This document shows, one piece after another, positions 26,599 through 35,755 of a stretch of DNA of 64,000 nt. The stretch is taken from the IMG/VR virus record IMGVR_UViG_3300037309_000121; one strand, given 5' to 3'. Position 1 is the stretch's first letter. The number at the start of each line of letters is the position of its first letter. The notes under the pieces were generated by a model. That model was not told where the DNA came from. It ran no database searches and was given only the letters and a program-made list of their open reading frames with translations. Origin of the DNA: a virus. The translations under genes were made by a program, and so were the position numbers.

Positions 26599-29579
26599 TG
26601 CTTCGAATCAGGCGGCTTGCCGCTCCCGCAATCTTCTTCGCACTCTTCCTGTTCGCCCAGCAGCAGGAGTCGACAGTTCATTCAGTTCGACTGGATCTGC
26701 CACCGACAGTGTCCACAGACGAGCAGAAAGCCTTCGTCGAGACGCTGGTTCTTTTCACGATCTTCTTCGTCCTGAGCCAGTTCCTGAAGCCGAAGCCGAA
26801 GATCGAGAATGCCAGACCCGCAGGGCTAGGAGACTTCAAGTTCCCGACTGCGACCGAGGGTCGACCCGTGTCGCTGATCTGGGGCACGGTCAAGGTCGAG
26901 GGACCGAACGTGGTGTGGTACGGCGACCTCCGCCAGCAGCCGATCACCGAGAAGATCAAGACGGGGCTGTTCTCGAGCACGCGGGTCATCAGGGGCTACA
27001 AATACTACATTGGTATGCAGATGGCCGTGTGCCGCGGCGGCACCTTCCCCGTGCAGTCGCTGCTCCGCATCTGGGTAGGAGATGAGGTTCTCTGGACCGG
27101 GAACGTGACCGCAGACGGCACCGCAATCGACATCGACGAGCCAGAGTTCCTGGGTGGAGAAGACCTCGGGCAGGGTGGAATCGTCGGCAGGCTGAGGTTC
27201 TACTCCGGAAGCACCACGCAAGCTGCCGCCTCCTACCTGACGACTCAGCAGTCCGTCGGAGGAGTGACGCCAACCTATCGAGGCACCTGCTACCTGCTCT
27301 GGGAGCAGGGCTGGCTCGGCAACTCTACGAGCATCGCTCCCTGGGCGTTCGAGCTGCGCCGCATACCAAATGGTCTCGGGCTGGCAACTCCAAGCGTGAA
27401 CAGCGGGAACGACGCTAACCCGATGAACGTCATCTATGAGATTTTGACCAACGCTGAGTGGGGTCTCGGATTGCCCGCCGCAGACATCGACACGAGCAAC
27501 TTCTCAGCTGCTGCCGAAACTCTTCGAACCGAGGGCAACGGATTCAGCTTCGTGCTCGACAGCGAGATCGAAGCAGCAGAACTCCTCAGAGAGATCGAGC
27601 GACAGATCGACGGAGTGATCTACCTGGATCGATCGTCGGGGAAGTGGAAGTGCAACCTGGCTCGCGGCGGCTACTCAGTCCCGAGCTTGACTGCGATCAA
27701 TCAGAGCAACATCCTGGAGATACGGTCGTTCGGTCGCTCGACCTGGGACGACACCACGAACAACGTCCTAGTGAAGCTCAGCAACCGAGCGCTCGACTAC
27801 AAGGAAACCTATGCCGGTGCCCAGGACATGGCGAACATCCGCCTCCAGGGCAACAAGATCGTATCCGTCGAGAAGATCTATCCCGGCGTCAAGGACGCCG
27901 CGTGCGCGAACGCGATCGCGTGGAGAGATCTGAGGCTCCTCAGCTCTCCGATCGCTCGAGCCGAGCTGGTCGTGAATCGAACGCTCTACGACAAGAACAT
28001 CGGAGACGTGATCCGCTGGAGCGACTCCGACCTGGGCATCACAGATCTTTCTATGCGAATCACGAAGATTGACCTGGGTCGATTCGACGATGGGCAGATC
28101 TCCGTTTCGCTCGTGGAGGACATCTTCGTATTCGACGCCGGAGTCTTTCAGGCTCCGGGCGCAACCAACTGGGTTCCTCCACCACAGACGGTCTCGGCTA
28201 TCCCCACGAGCGACTCAATCGTCATCGAGGCTCCCAGGAAGTTCTGCACCTTGGACGAAGAGCAGCCCAGCGTCTTCAATCGGATCTGGGCTGGCGCTCG
28301 CTTCCAGAACGATGCAGCTTCTCTCATGGACATCGTGACTCGTCCAGGCTCTGGTTCCTACACAGACGCCGGAGACGTCGCAGGCTTCCTCGTGGCAGGC
28401 GAGCTCGCCTCCGGCATCAACGAGTCGGGAACGCAAGGATCTATCTCGATCAACGTCGACGCCGACCTGGACTCGCTGTCGCTCCTCATCGCAGCGATGA
28501 CCCCGAGCGTGACAGCGGAGGACGTCGGCACTCGGCTGGCGAACCTCGTGCTCATCGACAACGAGTTTTTCGCTTTCCGAGCTGCGACCACCGGGAGCGG
28601 TCAGCTGCAGCTCAGCTCCGGCTATCGCGGGTTGCTCGACTCGACTCCAGCCGCGCACGCCGCCAACGCCCGCGTTTGGATCCTCCTGGGCAACCTCACC
28701 GAGCGGGTGTTCACCCCAGGCACTCTCGTCAACGTGAAGCTGCTCCCCCGCAGCGCCACGCAGTCGCTGCCCGAGGGCTCGGCGACCGCGATCAACGTGA
28801 CGATGTCGAACCGCGCGGACTGTCCCTACCCTCCCGTCGCGCTCCGGTTCAACACCACGCTCTACCCGACCGGGAACGTCGACCTCGACAGCTCCGGGAG
28901 CGGCGGGCCCGGAACTGGCCTCGACGATCGCGGTATCGCGGTAAGCTTCGTTCGACGAGACTTCCGCAACGGCGACGAGGCTAAGGCTGTGGTCGACGAA
29001 ACCAGCCTGCCCGCAGACTTCCCTGCCGCGAATACCACTGAGTATGCCGTCGAGGTGCGCAACGACCCGAGCGGATCCAACACGCTCCTGTTCACGACTG
29101 CCTACCAGAGCACGGTGCCGATCGAGATCAGCAGGACGCGCATCCTCCGGTATGCTGGTTCTCTGCCCTCACGCTTGCGCATGACGGTGCTCACCAGACA
29201 CACGAAGGACACTGTCCTGCGGAGCTCGATCCAGAACCCAAGGTGGGACTTCAACGTTCAGTCATCGCTCATCTCCGGCGATTTCAACTTCGGAGTGCGA
29301 GCGAACGGCGCTTCCTCAGCCGCATACGTCACTGTGAGCACAGGCACCCACACGCTGAACATCGGCACCGCTCTGGGAACTGGAAATGTCGAGGTCTCTA
29401 TCAACAGCGGCGCGTTCTCCACAGTCATCACAGCCGGTCTCACCACTGGAACTTTCTCGGCGAATGCTGGTGACAGCATCGTCGTGAGGCACACGCAGCC
29501 GGGCGCAAATACATCGGAAACTTTCGTCGAGCTTACCTTCGGCGGAACGAGCGTCGCCTACGGGGTCTTTAGCTACTAG
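26598..29579 (+). CDS. Tail tip / central fibre protein (J-like), N-terminally fused to a small tail-assembly domain
   Basis: FKFPTATEGRPVSLIWGTV, GYKYYIGMQMAVC, PTYRGTCY, NPMNVIYEILTNAEWGLG. Confidence 0.85.
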   Translation: MLRIRRLAAPAIFFALFLFAQQQESTVHSVRLDLPPTVSTDEQKAFVETLVLFTIFFVLSQFLKPKPKIENARPAGLGDFKFPTATEGRPVSLIWGTVKVEGPNVVWYGDLRQQPITEKIKTGLFSSTRVIRGYKYYIGMQMAVCRGGTFPVQSLLRIWVGDEVLWTGNVTADGTAIDIDEPEFLGGEDLGQGGIVGRLRFYSGSTTQAAASYLTTQQSVGGVTPTYRGTCYLLWEQGWLGNSTSIAPWAFELRRIPNGLGLATPSVNSGNDANPMNVIYEILTNAEWGLGLPAADIDTSNFSAAAETLRTEGNGFSFVLDSEIEAAELLREIERQIDGVIYLDRSSGKWKCNLARGGYSVPSLTAINQSNILEIRSFGRSTWDDTTNNVLVKLSNRALDYKETYAGAQDMANIRLQGNKIVSVEKIYPGVKDAACANAIAWRDLRLLSSPIARAELVVNRTLYDKNIGDVIRWSDSDLGITDLSMRITKIDLGRFDDGQISVSLVEDIFVFDAGVFQAPGATNWVPPPQTVSAIPTSDSIVIEAPRKFCTLDEEQPSVFNRIWAGARFQNDAASLMDIVTRPGSGSYTDAGDVAGFLVAGELASGINESGTQGSISINVDADLDSLSLLIAAMTPSVTAEDVGTRLANLVLIDNEFFAFRAATTGSGQLQLSSGYRGLLDSTPAAHAANARVWILLGNLTERVFTPGTLVNVKLLPRSATQSLPEGSATAINVTMSNRADCPYPPVALRFNTTLYPTGNVDLDSSGSGGPGTGLDDRGIAVSFVRRDFRNGDEAKAVVDETSLPADFPAANTTEYAVEVRNDPSGSNTLLFTTAYQSTVPIEISRTRILRYAGSLPSRLRMTVLTRHTKDTVLRSSIQNPRWDFNVQSSLISGDFNFGVRANGASSAAYVTVSTGTHTLNIGTALGTGNVEVSINSGAFSTVITAGLTTGTFSANAGDSIVVRHTQPGANTSETFVELTFGGTSVAYGVFSY

Positions 29580-29610
29580 GATAGAGTTCCGCAGTCGGAG
29601 ACTACCGAAC

Positions 29611-29880
29611 ATGCCTGAAGAAAGATCTCAAGAACAGGTCGTGCTCAGCAGAGAGGAGCTGCACGCCCTAGTCAGGAGCACGGTCGAGGAAACCCTCACC
29701 TCGATCGGTCTGGACCACAAGAACCCGATCGAGCTGCAGAAGGACTTCAAGTCCCTGCGCGAGTGGAGGGAGGCCATGCAGGAAGTTCGCAACAAGACCC
29801 TGCTGACCGTGATCGGCATCCTGGTCATGGGCCTAGCCGCTGCGATCTGGATCGGCCTGAAGTCGATGTTCTCCAGCTGA
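29611..29880 (+). CDS. Small single-TM membrane protein, holin candidate
   Basis: Charged N-terminus then TLLTVIGILVMGLAAAIWIGL; sits right after tail tip gene. Confidence 0.55.
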   Translation: MPEERSQEQVVLSREELHALVRSTVEETLTSIGLDHKNPIELQKDFKSLREWREAMQEVRNKTLLTVIGILVMGLAAAIWIGLKSMFSS

Positions 29881-29890
29881 GGAACACCAC

Positions 29891-31468
29891 ATGGAAATGC
29901 GAGACAAGGTTCGTCTGTCTCTCGAGAAGCATGGCGGTAACGTGAGTGCTGCAGCTCGAGAGCTCGGCGTCGAGCGTTCAACCATCAACTACCACCGCTC
30001 GAAACTCGGGATGAACAAGCCGCTCGCTTCCGGTCAGGTGCGAATCCCAGACGAAGAGGTCTTCGACCTACCGAAGAAGGGTGAGATCAAGCGATACCTG
30101 CTCACTTCCGCCCAGAACAACACGCGGTTGCATTCTCAGCTCTGGGAGAACCTGCTGGCATTCGCAAAGCGGGCTGGAGCCGAGATACTCGTCAGCACGT
30201 ACACGTACAACAAGACGGCATACGGCAAGCTCGCGGTCAAGCGCGGAACCGCAGACCACGACAAGCAACTGTGGTACGACGAGCGCATCGAAGACTTCGT
30301 CTGCGACCGACGCACGGTGCTCGCCCCCGGGCTGGTGTTCTGTGGCGAGATGAACATCCTCCCCACAGCAGAGAACCCTCTGGAGGGCTTCGAGACCTAC
30401 ACTGGTCGACGGAGCGGCATCTTCCCGCACGCGAAGTTCGCCATGCGGTCGATCGCAACCATGAAGGGTGAGGGCACAAAGTTCAACTACACGACGGGCA
30501 CGTGCACACAGCGAAACTACATCCAGAAGAAGGCTGGTCTGAAAGCTGAGCATCGCCATTCCTACGGGGCGCTCCTGGTCGAGGTCGACAGCGAAGGACA
30601 CTGGTGGGTTCGCCAGCTGAATGCAGACGACAGAGGCTCGTTCCAAGACCTCGATGTCAAGGTCGAAAGTGGTGAGTGTCAGGAGGGGCAGCAGGTCGAG
30701 GCCATCACCTGGGGAGACGTGCACGTCGCTCAGCTAGACTCCACCGTTCGCTCCCTCGCCTGGGGCGAGCAGGGCATGCTCGATGCTCTCAGGCCGAAGT
30801 TCCAGTTCATCCACGACCTGCTGGACGGAGTCTCGTTCACTCACCACGACCGCGGCAATCCTCACGTGCGGTTCAAGAAGTTCCTCGCTGGGCAGGACGA
30901 CGTGGTCTCCGAGCTGAAGGAGGCTTCCGCGTTCCTGAAGGAGGCTAACCGCCCATGGTGTCAGACGGTGGTCGTCGATTCGAATCACGACGGCTGGTTG
31001 ATGCGGTGGCTGCGGGAGCACGACTACCGCAGCGACCCGCGGAACGCGGTGTTCTTCCTAGAGGCACAGCTCGCCGTGTACCGCGCCCTCGAGAGCCGAG
31101 AACGCGGGTTCTGCCTCGTCGAGCACGTGATGCGCAAACTTGATTGCCCGCGAGGCACCCGGTTCCTCCGCACTGATGAATCTTTCAAGACGTGCCGAAA
31201 CTCGATCGAAAATGGGATGCACGGGCACCTTGGACCCGACGGCGCTCGCGGCAACGCCCAGGTGTTCAGCAAGATGGGTCGCAAGGCGAACACTGCCCAC
31301 AGCCACAGCGCGTCTATCCACGACGGGCTGTACGTCGCTGGCGCTTCGTGCAACCTGGATCAGGACTACAATGCTGGCCCGAGCTCCTGGTCACACTCGC
31401 ACATCGTCACCTACCCCTCCGGCAAGCGGGCGATCGTGACGGTGTGGGCCGGGAAGTGGCGGGCCTGA
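29891..31468 (+). CDS. HTH-fused calcineurin-like metallophosphoesterase
   Basis: N-terminal GNVSAAARELGVERST HTH; WGDVH, IHDLLDG, DSNHD, MHGH, AHSHS motifs. Confidence 0.75.
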   Translation: MEMRDKVRLSLEKHGGNVSAAARELGVERSTINYHRSKLGMNKPLASGQVRIPDEEVFDLPKKGEIKRYLLTSAQNNTRLHSQLWENLLAFAKRAGAEILVSTYTYNKTAYGKLAVKRGTADHDKQLWYDERIEDFVCDRRTVLAPGLVFCGEMNILPTAENPLEGFETYTGRRSGIFPHAKFAMRSIATMKGEGTKFNYTTGTCTQRNYIQKKAGLKAEHRHSYGALLVEVDSEGHWWVRQLNADDRGSFQDLDVKVESGECQEGQQVEAITWGDVHVAQLDSTVRSLAWGEQGMLDALRPKFQFIHDLLDGVSFTHHDRGNPHVRFKKFLAGQDDVVSELKEASAFLKEANRPWCQTVVVDSNHDGWLMRWLREHDYRSDPRNAVFFLEAQLAVYRALESRERGFCLVEHVMRKLDCPRGTRFLRTDESFKTCRNSIENGMHGHLGPDGARGNAQVFSKMGRKANTAHSHSASIHDGLYVAGASCNLDQDYNAGPSSWSHSHIVTYPSGKRAIVTVWAGKWRA

Positions 31469-32236
31469 GTGCGGACCAGCCCCTCGCAGCTCGTCAGGCT
31501 GCAGCAGTGTCCCCGGCTCTGGTGGTTCAGGTACGTGCGGAAGCTTCCCTTCCCCGAGACCAAGCCGCTCGCCCTGGGGAACGCTCTGCACGCCCTCTGC
31601 GCAGCCTCGCTATGCGGCCGCCCGCGACCAGCCGGGTGGGATCACCACCTGAGCAGTCAAGATCGAGAGCTGGCTCTCCGGCTCTTCGAGGCTGGGGCCG
31701 CGGTGCTGCAGCCTCGCCCCGGACTCGAGGTCGAGATCGACGTCGCCCTCCGGAGCGGATCACACGAGATCTGCGGACGCATAGATTGCCTCGATCCCTC
31801 CCCGAGCTCTCTCGAGGTGGTTGACCACAAGACAGCCTCCTCTGCTCGCTGGCTGAAGCGTGCGGAAGACCTACGGGCAGACGTCCCGATGATGACCTAC
31901 GCGGGTTACGCTCTGTCGAGAGCTCCCTCAGCGGTGGCGGTGCGCTTGCGACACAACCAGTTCGTCGAGGACGACCCGAGGGTCGAGAGCGTCTCGATCC
32001 TGGTCAGCCGAGAGGAGGTCCGCAACTTCTGGGCGAGCACGATCGTCCCACTCCTGCGCACCGCAGAGGCTGCGGGAGAAGTCGAGAGCTGGCAGGAAGT
32101 TACCGGGCACCCCGCCCGCTCGAATGCCTGCCACGCCTACAACGGCTGCAGGTTCGCAGCGATCTGCCACGGCGGTCTGCCGATCGGAGAGTTCACGCCG
32201 GAGAGGGCCGAGGCTCACGGCTGGGCCCCTTTCTGA
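31469..32236 (+). CDS. PD-(D/E)xK Cas4-like exonuclease
   Basis: SPSQ...CPRLWWFRY, GNALH, GRIDC, VVDHKT, C-terminal C-x5-C-x5-C. Confidence 0.8.
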   Translation: MRTSPSQLVRLQQCPRLWWFRYVRKLPFPETKPLALGNALHALCAASLCGRPRPAGWDHHLSSQDRELALRLFEAGAAVLQPRPGLEVEIDVALRSGSHEICGRIDCLDPSPSSLEVVDHKTASSARWLKRAEDLRADVPMMTYAGYALSRAPSAVAVRLRHNQFVEDDPRVESVSILVSREEVRNFWASTIVPLLRTAEAAGEVESWQEVTGHPARSNACHAYNGCRFAAICHGGLPIGEFTPERAEAHGWAPF

Positions 32237-32672
32237 CCGGCCACACATACCCTTCGGGACCACACGGTTCCTCGACCCAGCCGAACTGACCGTAGTGCTC
32301 CGGATCCTTCTGCTTGAGGCGAGCGCGGTGCGAAGCGTGGACGTCTTCTCGACCCCACCACTCCGGGAGCGAGGCGGACCTCCCCTCCAGGATCAGCCGC
32401 TCCCTCAGCTCCTCGAACCACGGGAGCATCGTGTCATTCTTGCCACGAAGGATCCACTCCTTCCGCATGGCGATGCCGTACTCGCAGAGCTGCCGCTCGT
32501 GACCTCGCCACATCAAGACTGCCGGGTGGCTAGCCCACCCGACCTTCTTGTCTGAGGGAACGAGCAGCACATTCAGTATCTGCTTGCACTCTAGACCCTG
32601 CTTGTTGAGGCGCTTGTCGTCCAGCACCTTGGCGCTGGCCGCGAATCCAGGATACGGCAAGAAGGTCTGCAA
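32193..32672 (-). CDS. Pyrimidine-dimer DNA glycosylase / endonuclease V-like protein (MSMEG_6728 family)
   Basis: TTG start; QTFLPYPGF...LDDKRLNKQGLE...GWASHPAVLMWRGHE...HASHRARLKQKDPEHY. Confidence 0.85.
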   Translation of the reverse strand: MQTFLPYPGFAASAKVLDDKRLNKQGLECKQILNVLLVPSDKKVGWASHPAVLMWRGHERQLCEYGIAMRKEWILRGKNDTMLPWFEELRERLILEGRSASLPEWWGREDVHASHRARLKQKDPEHYGQFGWVEEPCGPEGYVWPVRKGPSREPRPSPA

Positions 32673-32851
32673 GCTAGTTCCACCCCCGGACAAATCCACG
32701 AACCCTAGATTCCTCGCCTCGATCGCGACGTCGAGCCCTCGACACGAGCTTCTTGGCCAGCTTCCGGTAGCTGGGAGTCTGTTTCGACAGCTTCTCGGGC
32801 TTCTTCATAACCGAAGGATACATCAAGATCGGGAAGAGGCAAGCCGATCGC

Positions 32852-33130
32852 GACTCAGCCGACTCAGCGGCCCAGGCGGTTGCTCGATCTGAGCTCCCTG
32901 GCCTTACTCCCTTCTTTGACGAAGTCGAGTCGAGCACTGAGTCGCCCCCTACCCAATCACCCAACTTGGGCTACTTTCGGACGAGTGGAGATGTTGGACT
33001 CAGCGCGACTCGAACAGAAAGTCTATGTGACAATTGTTGACCCGAACGCTTGCCCAACTCTGATCCATAAGACAAGATTACGCTGAAGTCTGGCTGACGA
33101 AACTGAGTCGCGCAAAGTCTCGCCTGAGTC
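32852..33130. repeat. Cluster of six GACTCAG/CTGAGTC heptamers in the divergent non-coding region
   Basis: Copies at 32852, 32861, 32997 (GACTCAG) and 32937, 33103, 33124 (CTGAGTC). Confidence 0.8.
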
Positions 33131-33148
33131 TATGAGGAGGAGATCATC

Positions 33149-33505
33149 GTGCCCAGGAAGATGCTCGTCCGGGGGACAGTGAGGGGACTGAGGGTCGAGG
33201 TCGAGCTGCATCACGAGGCGAGCGGCCTCACCACGGCAGAGGAGTTCTCCATCGACGCGGTCGTGGGGGGCTGGTATTACTACTGGCCGGGTACTCACTT
33301 CGACCCCCCAGAGTCCGACTCTGAAATCAACCTCGACATGTCCCACCGAGAGCTGGAGGCTGCGGTTGGGAGAGCGGCGATGCGAGAAGGCTTCGGGCTC
33401 TGCACAGTTGTCACTCATCCGAAGGGCATCGCCTCGCAGCTTCACGAGCTCGCGGAGGAGGCCGTCCTCGACAACATCGATGATTATCTGGTGGACCCCG
33501 AGTAG
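33149..33505 (+). CDS. Hypothetical protein
   Basis: Strong GAGGAGGAG RBS then GTG. Confidence 0.6.
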   Translation: MPRKMLVRGTVRGLRVEVELHHEASGLTTAEEFSIDAVVGGWYYYWPGTHFDPPESDSEINLDMSHRELEAAVGRAAMREGFGLCTVVTHPKGIASQLHELAEEAVLDNIDDYLVDPE

Positions 33506-33521
33506 CTCTCGAGCTAGAGGC

Positions 33522-35084
33522 ATGTATAGTTCTGGCGTGGAAGAAGTCGACCTCTCCCAGTTCAAGACAGCGCCGTTCGAGCACCAGCTGCGAGAGTGGC
33601 TCACCAGCCGCTCTATGCACTCGCGGGCCGTGTTCTGGGAGCAGGGGACTGGGAAGACCTGGCTGGCGATCAACACCGCAGCTTCGCTCTTCCGAGAAGG
33701 AAAGATAGACGCAGTCGTCGTCGTGGCACCCAACGGCGTGCATCGCAACTGGGTCACGGAGGAGATACCTCGCCACCTCGCGGACGATGTGTCTTCGAGG
33801 TCCCGAATGTTCTGCTACAGGACGGACAAAGCGACGTCGAAGTGGCACCAGGAGGAGTGCGAGCGGATCCTCAGGCATCAGGGGCTGGCGTGGCTCGCGA
33901 TGTCCTTCGACGCAGTCGTCACCGACCCGATCATGGAACGGGACAAGGACACCGGATCTCGCCGAACTCTCTGGAGGGGCGGGAAGAAGTTCCTGTGGGA
34001 CTTCTTGTCGACTCGGAAGGTGCTGTACATCGTCGACGAGGCTCGGCGCATCAAGAATCCTAAGGCCGACCGGACGAAGGTCGTAGTCAAGAGCGGTCGC
34101 TACGCGCCCTATCGACGAATCCTCAACGGGACGCCCGTCCCCAACGGTCCCTTCGACCTCTTCCCGCAGCTCCAGTTCCTCGACGAGAAGTTCTGGGACC
34201 AGCACGGCGTCGGCCTCTGGACGACCTACAAGTCTTTCTTCGGGCGATTCCAGAAGGCTCAGGTGCGAAACAAGCAGGGCAAGCTCGTTCAGTTCGACCA
34301 GCTCATCGGGTACCAGAACCTCGACATCCTCAACCGCATCGTGGACACGATCGGTACGCGAGTACTGAAGGAGAATGTGCTGGACCTCCCCCCGAAGGTC
34401 TACACTCGCCGCGAGTTCGACCTGACAGACGCCCAGGCGAAGGCGTATAGGGCGATCCGCGACGACTTCATGGTGATGCTGGAGAGCGGGCAGCTCGTGA
34501 CAGCCCCGCTTGCCCTGACCCGGCTCCTGCGGCTGCAGCAGGTTGCCAGCGGCTTCGTCGCTGCGGACGACGGAGAGCCAGCCGTGGACATCGGCAAGGT
34601 CAACCCGAGGCTGGACCTCGTGCTGGAGATCGCCGAAGACCTCCCGCACAAGGCCATCATCTGGACGAAGTTCCGCCGCACCGTCGACAAGCTCGTGGAG
34701 GCCCTGGGCGAAAGAGCCGTCCGCTACGACGGCGCGGTCGACGAGGATGCCCGGGGGCGAGCAGTCGCCGCGTTCAATCGCGGAGATGTGCAGTTCTTCG
34801 TCGCCAACCAGCAGACCGCCTGCGAGGGCCTCACCCTCCTGGGCAACCAGGAGCAGGACTCGCTCGCCTGCAAGACCTCCATAATCGCTGAGCACACCTT
34901 CGACCTGGCAGTTCGCCTGCAACTCGAGGATCGCAACCACCGGATCGGTCAGAAGTTCTCGACAGAATATATCGATGTCTGCGGTGCCGGGACGATTGAC
35001 TACCACATCGTTCGAGCGCTGAGGGAGAAGTTCGACGTCAGCTGCCAGGTGACCGGAGATCGTCTGAAGGATTGGCTTGCCTAG
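33522..35084 (+). CDS. SNF2-family (SF2) helicase
   Basis: EQGTGKT, VDEARRIKN, LNGTP, QLEDRNHRIGQ. Confidence 0.92.
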   Translation: MYSSGVEEVDLSQFKTAPFEHQLREWLTSRSMHSRAVFWEQGTGKTWLAINTAASLFREGKIDAVVVVAPNGVHRNWVTEEIPRHLADDVSSRSRMFCYRTDKATSKWHQEECERILRHQGLAWLAMSFDAVVTDPIMERDKDTGSRRTLWRGGKKFLWDFLSTRKVLYIVDEARRIKNPKADRTKVVVKSGRYAPYRRILNGTPVPNGPFDLFPQLQFLDEKFWDQHGVGLWTTYKSFFGRFQKAQVRNKQGKLVQFDQLIGYQNLDILNRIVDTIGTRVLKENVLDLPPKVYTRREFDLTDAQAKAYRAIRDDFMVMLESGQLVTAPLALTRLLRLQQVASGFVAADDGEPAVDIGKVNPRLDLVLEIAEDLPHKAIIWTKFRRTVDKLVEALGERAVRYDGAVDEDARGRAVAAFNRGDVQFFVANQQTACEGLTLLGNQEQDSLACKTSIIAEHTFDLAVRLQLEDRNHRIGQKFSTEYIDVCGAGTIDYHIVRALREKFDVSCQVTGDRLKDWLA

Positions 35085-35105
35085 CCGTGGATCCTGACAT
35101 ATACT
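35077..35105 (+). promoter_or_regulatory. Sigma70-like promoter
   Basis: TTGCCT-N17-TATACT upstream of 35128. Confidence 0.65.
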
Positions 35106-35127
35106 GACTATCGAGGAGCAAGTTGCC

Positions 35128-35673
35128 ATGTCGTCGAACCCGTATGCCGCGTTCAAGGACAGTGCTCGCCCAGCAGAGGAGGCGATGACGGCTCTGCGAG
35201 CCATGATCGACCAGGCGAGGGAGAAGGAAGCCGCGATCGAGAGCTTGTCCGCCCAGCTGAAGCTGGAGCAGGAGGCGCTCCGAGACCTGACCTGGACGAA
35301 GATCCCGACGCTCATGGACGAGATGGGCATCGAGGAGATCAAGACGCCAGACGGCATCAAGGTCAAGGTGAAAGAGGAGATCGAAGCTGGCATCAGCACA
35401 GAGCGGCGCTCGCTGGCCCACAAGTGGTTGGAGGAGAACGGCCACGCGGGGCTCATCAAGCGGGAGATCTCGGTCGCGTTCAACCGAGATCAATCCGAAG
35501 AAGCTGCCAAGCTCGTGGGCGAGCTCCAGGGTCGCTTCCCTGGAGTGTCGCAGGACAGCAAGGTTCACCCAGCCACGCTCAAGGCGTGGGTCCGCGAGAT
35601 GCTCGCGAAGGGGAACGAGCTCCCGCTCGACCTGTTCGGCGTCTTCCGGAGGCGTATCGCGAAGATGGATTGA
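35128..35673 (+). CDS. Conserved replication-module hypothetical protein
   Basis: GAGGAG RBS; coiled coil, IPTLMDEMGI, KWLEENGHAGLIKR, VHPATLKAWVRE. Confidence 0.7.
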   Translation: MSSNPYAAFKDSARPAEEAMTALRAMIDQAREKEAAIESLSAQLKLEQEALRDLTWTKIPTLMDEMGIEEIKTPDGIKVKVKEEIEAGISTERRSLAHKWLEENGHAGLIKREISVAFNRDQSEEAAKLVGELQGRFPGVSQDSKVHPATLKAWVREMLAKGNELPLDLFGVFRRRIAKMD

Positions 35674-35677
35674 GTCT

Positions 35678-35755
35678 GCAGGGGTAGCTCAGCGGTAGAG
35701 TAAGTCGCGTCTGAGAAACGTCGACAGGTCGCGGGTTCGAGCCCCGCCCCCTGCT
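35678..35755 (+). tRNA. Non-canonical tRNA-like gene, anticodon GAG, extended anticodon arm, no encoded CCA
   Basis: Acceptor GCAGGGG/CCCCTGC; D arm GCTC-AGCGGTA-GAGT; T arm GCGGG-TTCGAGC-CCCGC; variable AGGTC; loop CT-GAG-AA. Confidence 0.8.

Noticed and set aside
31469-32236. Cas4 as part of a CRISPR system
   Set aside because: No repeat-spacer array or other cas genes in the window; stand-alone Cas4-like exonucleases are common in phages
32852-33130. Mini CRISPR array
   Set aside because: Repeats are only 7-9 bp, in both orientations and irregularly spaced
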